52,635 nucleotides of DNA from positions 1-52,635 of IMG/VR virus record IMGVR_UViG_3300035670_000287; one strand, written 5' to 3'. Origin of the DNA: a virus. Lineage: Duplodnaviria > Caudoviricetes. Positions within the stretch are counted from its first letter, which is position 1. Each line of letters starts with the position of its first letter. Shown here one piece after another: positions 47,277 to 52,635 of this stretch. Below the pieces are notes generated by a model, which was not told where the DNA came from, ran no database searches, and worked only from the letters and a program-made list of their open reading frames with translations. A program made the position numbers and the translations under genes.

Positions 47277-48434
47277 ATGATTCTAACAATCAACCACCCA
47301 TCTTACGATGAAGCCGAACGAACAATACTAACCGACCCTGCTGCTCTCGGAGCCACAACCTTAAAGGTTAAAAGCACCAAGCAATTCACGGCCACTACTT
47401 ATGTAGTTGTCGGAGAGATAGGCACAGAGAACGCTGAAATGAGGCTCATCTCCTCCATTACCGATGATATCTCGATGGTCACCGACGCTCTTGATTTCTC
47501 CCATAGCGAAAATGACCCCGTAATCTACTCACTCTACAATCAAATTAGAATCTATCGGGCTACCTCACTAACAGGAACTTACTCAGCTTTAGCGACAACT
47601 GATATCGATGTCGACCAATCATTCACTGCTTACAACGATACCACAGGCGTCTCTACCTATTACTATAAGATTGATTACTATAACTCCACCACCACCGCTT
47701 CCTCTGACCTCTCTGACCCTATCCCAGCTACAGGCGTGGAGTATGATACTGTCCGCTCAGTCACGGATGATGTTTTAAGAGAAGCCAGAGATACGGACGA
47801 GGCCATCACCTCCAGAGATGAAGTTCTCTCTTGGCTGAATGACTGTCAGGCTGACGTTAAAGCTAGAAGAAGGAAGTGGGCATTTCTCTATACCAGAGCC
47901 GCAGGCACAACCACGGCTGATACTGAATACTATCCCCTATCTACTGCCTTCTCAGTAACTAACATTGATAAGATAGACCACCTAGTATATAGATATGATG
48001 ATGGCTCTAACGATAATAGCTATCGCCTACAGTACTTACCAGAAGAAGAGTTCGACTACCAGACCAAAGACAATGACGAATCCTCCAGTGATGCTATCGA
48101 AGTCTTTACCATCGATGAAGCGATGGATTATATCAGGCTCTACCCGAAGCCAGCTACCACCACAGCGGCTTCGCTCTACCTCTACTATTATAAAGACCTA
48201 CCCTATCTGGATTCAGACGGGGATGAGCTCCTAATCCCTGATACCAGAGTCTATAAGTTCTACTGTCTCCACGAGTTCTACCTGAAGAAGGGTGAGATTA
48301 ACTTAGCAGACCGCTACTCAATGAAATATGAACAAGCCCTCGCAGGCTTGATGAGAGAACAACGTAAAGAAGTCGGACAACCGAGAGGCTTTAGATATCT
48401 ACCAGAAAGAGAAAGGAGATACTATAAACTCTAA
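47277..48434 (+). CDS. Head-tail adaptor-like protein with N-terminal beta domains
   Basis: AGGAG RBS before ATG 47277; WLND, IRLYPKP, YEQAL patterns. Confidence 0.7.
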   Translation: MILTINHPSYDEAERTILTDPAALGATTLKVKSTKQFTATTYVVVGEIGTENAEMRLISSITDDISMVTDALDFSHSENDPVIYSLYNQIRIYRATSLTGTYSALATTDIDVDQSFTAYNDTTGVSTYYYKIDYYNSTTTASSDLSDPIPATGVEYDTVRSVTDDVLREARDTDEAITSRDEVLSWLNDCQADVKARRRKWAFLYTRAAGTTTADTEYYPLSTAFSVTNIDKIDHLVYRYDDGSNDNSYRLQYLPEEEFDYQTKDNDESSSDAIEVFTIDEAMDYIRLYPKPATTTAASLYLYYYKDLPYLDSDGDELLIPDTRVYKFYCLHEFYLKKGEINLADRYSMKYEQALAGLMREQRKEVGQPRGFRYLPERERRYYKL

Positions 48435-50355
48435 AGAGACAATCGCCCGCTACTTTGACCTATCAGGTGGACAGCAGAACGCTTCCAGCCGTCTTTTAAT
48501 GAAAGACAATGAACTGGTCAGGGCTCAGAACGCCCGCTTCTCTGAAGTTATCGGAGGCGTTGGCAGGAGAGATGGCTATGAACAAGTCGGCACAACCCTT
48601 GAACAGGGGCAGGCCGTCTTGTCTGGCAATCCCTTCTTCCACAAAGACGGTAATATGCTACTGGCTTCGGTCAATAACTCTACCCCTAGTGCTACTACGG
48701 TTAAAAGATTAATAGGTAATACATGGACAAATATAATAACTGATTTTCCAGTCAACTGTGAAGTTTGCTATAAAAACTACATGGATTATTCCTTCGTGGT
48801 CGGCTGTGGTTCGACTGGTTTCGCCACCACTACTGTTATTAAAAAGGACGGGACAACCTCAACTACTGAGAATGTCCGCTTCGCCCCCAAAGCGAAGTTC
48901 ATCGTCGAGTACAAGGGCTCTCTCTACGCCTTAAACGTAGAAGTAGACGGCACTAAGTACCCAAATAGAGCATACAAGTCCTCCACCCCGACTGACGCTG
49001 TTACCTATGTCAACGGTGACTTCAAGGGAAGCATCTGGCAGATAGAAGTCGACTCCGTCCGCTACTTGAAGGCAGGGATGACCGTGGATATCTACGGAGA
49101 GAACTCCAGCACCAAGAAGGTAGACTCTCTCTCTATTGTTTCGGTTGATAAGAAGAACAACAAGATAACCTTCGCTGAGACTACGATAGATGTCCTCGAT
49201 AGGGACGAGATATATTTAGAAGATAAGAAAGACGAACTGGTTATCCTTTGGAACACCGACTACCCCAACCCTGAAGCCTCTGACTTTCTGGAGATTTCCC
49301 TAGGTAACAACGAGCTCCCCGACATTACAGGAGCAAAAGTATTTAATAATAGATTATGGATTACCACTGAACACTCAGTCTGGAAGTGGGACGGAGCCAA
49401 CCTGGTCTGTATCAACAAGAACCACGGCAACCTCTCTCACTGGTCAATGCTGGAAATCGGTGGCTATATTGTCCTCTATGATAGGACAGGCTTCTGGGCT
49501 TACTCAGAGAACGGCCTACCACAGCTACTCTCCAAACCTATCCAACCCTATGTCGATGCTATCAAGTCCACGGTCAAGCCCGTAGGCGTGGTAGACGGTA
49601 ACTTAATGAAGGTCTGGGTCGGTGAACTAGGAAATATAGATGACTACACCACCTCTACTTCTACTTCATCTACCTCCACTTCAACTACTTCAACTTCCAC
49701 CTCCTCCACCAGTACCAGTTCGACCAGTACCAGCTCAACCTCTACCTCGATTAGCCACACTACTTCAACTTCATCTACCAGTTCTTCTACTTATTCAACA
49801 AGCTCGACATCGTCTTCCACCAGCTCAACCTCGACTTCTCTGTCAACCTCTTCTACCTCGACCTCCACTGCTGCTCCTACTACCGAGGCTACTGTCCTGG
49901 TCTATGACTTTGCTATCAATGCTTGGTCAGTAGATGTACTTGACAGAAACATCAGAAGTATGTTCTTACATAAGATGCACGGTCACGAGAAGATATACTT
50001 CGGTGATGATACTGGTAGAGTCTTTAGAGATAACACCACCAACACTGACCACGGCAAGTCTATCCCCTTCTTAATCCAGACCAAGAGACAACACCAGAAC
50101 GCCCCAGAGATGATTAAAACCTATCGCAAGCTCTACATCCACAGCGAGAACGGACAGAACGCCACCGTCTATATCTCTATCGATGGCGGAGCTTGGAAGT
50201 CCTACGGACAACTAGATAAAGAATTTACCGTTATAAATTTAGGTGATATTAAAGGAAAGGACATCGCTTTACAGGTTGCCCAGAACGACAAAGGTGTCGG
50301 CTGCTGGCTCTTAGGCTGGGAAGTGATGTATCTAAGTGAGGAATATGCCTACTAA
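48424..50355 (+). CDS. Tail nozzle/stabilisation-like protein with internal Ser/Thr tract (49648-49882); probable ATA start
   Basis: FDLSGG..MKDNE..NARF N-terminus; beta-propeller-like repeats; VLVYDF..WS. Confidence 0.7.
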   Translation: MNSKETIARYFDLSGGQQNASSRLLMKDNELVRAQNARFSEVIGGVGRRDGYEQVGTTLEQGQAVLSGNPFFHKDGNMLLASVNNSTPSATTVKRLIGNTWTNIITDFPVNCEVCYKNYMDYSFVVGCGSTGFATTTVIKKDGTTSTTENVRFAPKAKFIVEYKGSLYALNVEVDGTKYPNRAYKSSTPTDAVTYVNGDFKGSIWQIEVDSVRYLKAGMTVDIYGENSSTKKVDSLSIVSVDKKNNKITFAETTIDVLDRDEIYLEDKKDELVILWNTDYPNPEASDFLEISLGNNELPDITGAKVFNNRLWITTEHSVWKWDGANLVCINKNHGNLSHWSMLEIGGYIVLYDRTGFWAYSENGLPQLLSKPIQPYVDAIKSTVKPVGVVDGNLMKVWVGELGNIDDYTTSTSTSSTSTSTTSTSTSSTSTSSTSTSSTSTSISHTTSTSSTSSSTYSTSSTSSSTSSTSTSLSTSSTSTSTAAPTTEATVLVYDFAINAWSVDVLDRNIRSMFLHKMHGHEKIYFGDDTGRVFRDNTTNTDHGKSIPFLIQTKRQHQNAPEMIKTYRKLYIHSENGQNATVYISIDGGAWKSYGQLDKEFTVINLGDIKGKDIALQVAQNDKGVGCWLLGWEVMYLSEEYAY

Positions 50356-50590
50356 TTTACCCAACTACGAAGACCTTGGCTACAATCAATGGATGGAGAG
50401 AAGCATCGGAACTACCACCAGTGCGGCCTCTAGTCCCATGTCTGAGCTTAACTTTGACCAAGTCCAGATGTCTGGCAGCCTAGGAGATAAGATACAGATA
50501 GGTGGAGAGAATATTTTAATTGACGGAACTAATAAAAGGATTATTATTACCGATGGTAAGACCGAAAGAATTGTGATAGGTGAGCTATGA
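50345..50590 (+). CDS. Small tail protein
   Basis: GAGG RBS before ATG; IDGTNKRIIITDG..RIVIG. Confidence 0.6.
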   Translation: MPTNLPNYEDLGYNQWMERSIGTTTSAASSPMSELNFDQVQMSGSLGDKIQIGGENILIDGTNKRIIITDGKTERIVIGEL

Positions 50591-51297
50591 TAGGGATAAA
50601 GGTATCAAAACGAGGAGAATCTGTGACTGACGGAGAGCTACAATACGACTCTCGCAACGGTCTTTTGATGGCCTCTAAAGCCTACCAGATACCCATACCT
50701 GCCGCCCCTGGCTACCCTTACTATACAGAAACTATAAAGCATGACATGGGCTACAAGCCACTGATGCTTACCTTTGTGGGGTATCAGAGTGGAACCTCTA
50801 CCGTTAGATGGTACCCGACCTCTGATGAAGTCTCGTGGGACGATGACTATATATATATCTCTGCCATGCAACTAGACTATCCCAAGACTATTGTCATCTA
50901 CCAGATAGATATGGATATGGATGAGTTCTTCAGCGAGTCAAACACTGAATCCTTTAGTAAGTTTGACGAAGAGAAGGTAGACTTCGGGGTGGAGGTCTTT
51001 AGCGAAGATAGAGAGAAAGTATTCAGCAGTAAGCTAAAGCAACTATCACCGATTCAAATGATTAAGAGACTGGGCTGTACTAATGATGGCTCAACTATCT
51101 ATGAGCACGGCTTTGATAAATACCTACACTATCTAGGCTTCTGGTCTAACACTGACACCCCCAACAGGGTTTATCCTATTCCCCAAAACTTTACCACCCA
51201 GCTATATAGCAACAAGAACGAGATAACCTTCGCAGATAATGATGTCTTTACCACGCCGTATGCTTTCTACTGTCTAATCTTTAGGGGGATGGTATGA
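50587..51297 (+). CDS. Putative tail protein
   Basis: GIKVSK.G, TIKHDMGYKP; related to the next gene. Confidence 0.6.
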   Translation: MIGIKVSKRGESVTDGELQYDSRNGLLMASKAYQIPIPAAPGYPYYTETIKHDMGYKPLMLTFVGYQSGTSTVRWYPTSDEVSWDDDYIYISAMQLDYPKTIVIYQIDMDMDEFFSESNTESFSKFDEEKVDFGVEVFSEDREKVFSSKLKQLSPIQMIKRLGCTNDGSTIYEHGFDKYLHYLGFWSNTDTPNRVYPIPQNFTTQLYSNKNEITFADNDVFTTPYAFYCLIFRGMV

Positions 51298-51701
51298 AAA
51301 AATATGGCATACTGATAGACACCGCAGATGAAAGGCTCCTAGATACAACCCTAAGACCGTTTTTAATTTACAAGTCTGGCTCTCTTCCTTTGAGATACCC
51401 AGGAGGTTCACTCGGGGTCTTAACCACCCAAGAGGTAACCATTGAACACAATCTAGGCTATCCCCCAGTCTGTTATGTATATATAAGAAAGGGAGGGGTG
51501 CAGTCACCTGCAGGATACTATAATCTTTGTACCTACAACGCAGATGAGAAGAATCTTTATGTAACCGTAGCTAATTATGGCAACCCTGCCCCAGGAGACG
51601 TTGCTGCCTTTGACTACGTTATAGAATATTACATTCAATATCAAAAAATTAATTTAGATGATGACCTGAACAAACGGGTAGTAAAGGAATATAAGGAGTA
51701 A
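51294..51701 (+). CDS. Putative tail protein
   Basis: YGI, TIEHNLGYPP. Confidence 0.6.
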   Translation: MKKYGILIDTADERLLDTTLRPFLIYKSGSLPLRYPGGSLGVLTTQEVTIEHNLGYPPVCYVYIRKGGVQSPAGYYNLCTYNADEKNLYVTVANYGNPAPGDVAAFDYVIEYYIQYQKINLDDDLNKRVVKEYKE

Positions 51702-51704
51702 ATC

Positions 51705-52635
51705 ATGGCAAGTCTTGACCCAAGAAAAGCATTTAATACGGCAGTGAACTACGTCACCAATCCAGTAATAGGAACGTCACAGGCAATTGGTGGATATATC
51801 GCACCAAAAGTTGTTGGGGCTGTTTCTAGTTACTTTGGGGGTGGAGGCAACAACCAGAATAAGATTATTAATACCCCACCACCGACAACGGGGGGAGGGA
51901 ACTCTACCGTGAGTGCTCTCCAAAAATATGTTAATGACCTTCAGGCACTGAACGCAGCCAAGAGCAGTATTTCAAACTACGTAGAGCCACCAGTATATCT
52001 GCCGAGTGTTAATCTACCACAGATATATAAGAACGCTCAGAACAGTCAAGCCGTTAAGAATGTCGGCTCTTACTACACCTCTCAGTTAAACCAGTACCTA
52101 GCAAACGCATCTAAAAGTAAGCAACTTGCCCAAGAATCATACACCACCAACATCAAACAATATGAGAACGCCCTTCAGAAAGCCCTTGAAGAAAGCCAAA
52201 TACAAGGACAAAGGACTGGAGAAGATGTCTCCTCAAACCTAGCTAACATAGCCACAGATGAATCAGCAAGACAGACTACCGAAGGACGCACCTTTGACGC
52301 TGGCATCAGGGGGCTTAGAGAACAGCTGGCGGAGACAGGCCTCGGAGCCAAGGGCATGGGAGCACAGCAGATAATAGAAGCTAAGACTGCTAGAGGAGAA
52401 GCAGAAACCGCCCAGACAAGACAGGTAGAGAGAGCTAAGACTACCCAGAACCTATTGAAGACCAGAACCATGGCCGACCTTGCCAGAAGCGACGAGTGGA
52501 AGAAGAAAGATACAGATACAGCAAAGACAATGTCCAGGATAGACCTTGATAGAGAGATGAATAAGTTTGCCGTTGAAGAACAAGGTAAGAGGAATCAACT
52601 TCAAAATGAACAGTGGGAAAGGCAACAGGCCGCTA
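51705..52635 (+). CDS. Putative ejection/internal virion protein, 5' part (continues to 228; not in ORF track)
   Basis: AAGGAG RBS; open from ATG 51705 to the window end; Q/E/A-rich helical sequence. Confidence 0.85.
   Translation, partial: MASLDPRKAFNTAVNYVTNPVIGTSQAIGGYIAPKVVGAVSSYFGGGGNNQNKIINTPPPTTGGGNSTVSALQKYVNDLQALNAAKSSISNYVEPPVYLPSVNLPQIYKNAQNSQAVKNVGSYYTSQLNQYLANASKSKQLAQESYTTNIKQYENALQKALEESQIQGQRTGEDVSSNLANIATDESARQTTEGRTFDAGIRGLREQLAETGLGAKGMGAQQIIEAKTARGEAETAQTRQVERAKTTQNLLKTRTMADLARSDEWKKKDTDTAKTMSRIDLDREMNKFAVEEQGKRNQLQNEQWERQQAA

Noticed and set aside
52509-52635. 127-bp terminal repeat as a biological terminal repeat
   Set aside because: It falls mid-gene and its length equals a common assembler k-mer; treated as a circularisation overlap
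1-52635. Stop-codon reassignment
   Set aside because: Conserved genes are full length in code 11 and end in TAA, TAG or TGA with normal coupling

Overview
This window looks like a complete, circularly assembled ~52.5-kb tailed dsDNA phage genome. Bases 52509-52635 exactly repeat bases 1-127, giving a 52,508-bp unit, and one ORF reads through the junction. The morphogenesis genes are podovirus-like: TerS, TerL, portal, scaffold, cement, major capsid, tail adaptor/nozzle-like proteins and three ejection-type proteins. There is also a CHAP endolysin-holin cassette, an SSB-like gene and about six HNH nuclease genes. I could not recognise a polymerase, primase, helicase or integrase. Three features stand out. 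(1) A ~14-kb glycan-biosynthesis operon (7 glycosyltransferases, Gmd, 2 other NDP-sugar SDRs, 3 methyltransferases including a kinase-like fusion, and a deacetylase) lies inside the structural region, beside three putative virion proteins carrying mucin/SRRP-like Ser/Thr tracts, one of them ~2250 aa. This is a candidate phage-encoded O-glycosylated virion coat. (2) At 13.6-15.0 kb, a minus-strand array of small genes has each unit enclosed by its own 23-28-bp, G.U-compensated long-range stem, with stems packed back to back and the last one holding a tRNA T-arm mimic. (3) A repeated UGUAAC..GAA-hairpin-U-tract leader precedes three late operons, suggesting an antitermination switch. A Patescibacteria/CPR-like host is suggested but is inference only. 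All family assignments come from motif reading, not database searches.
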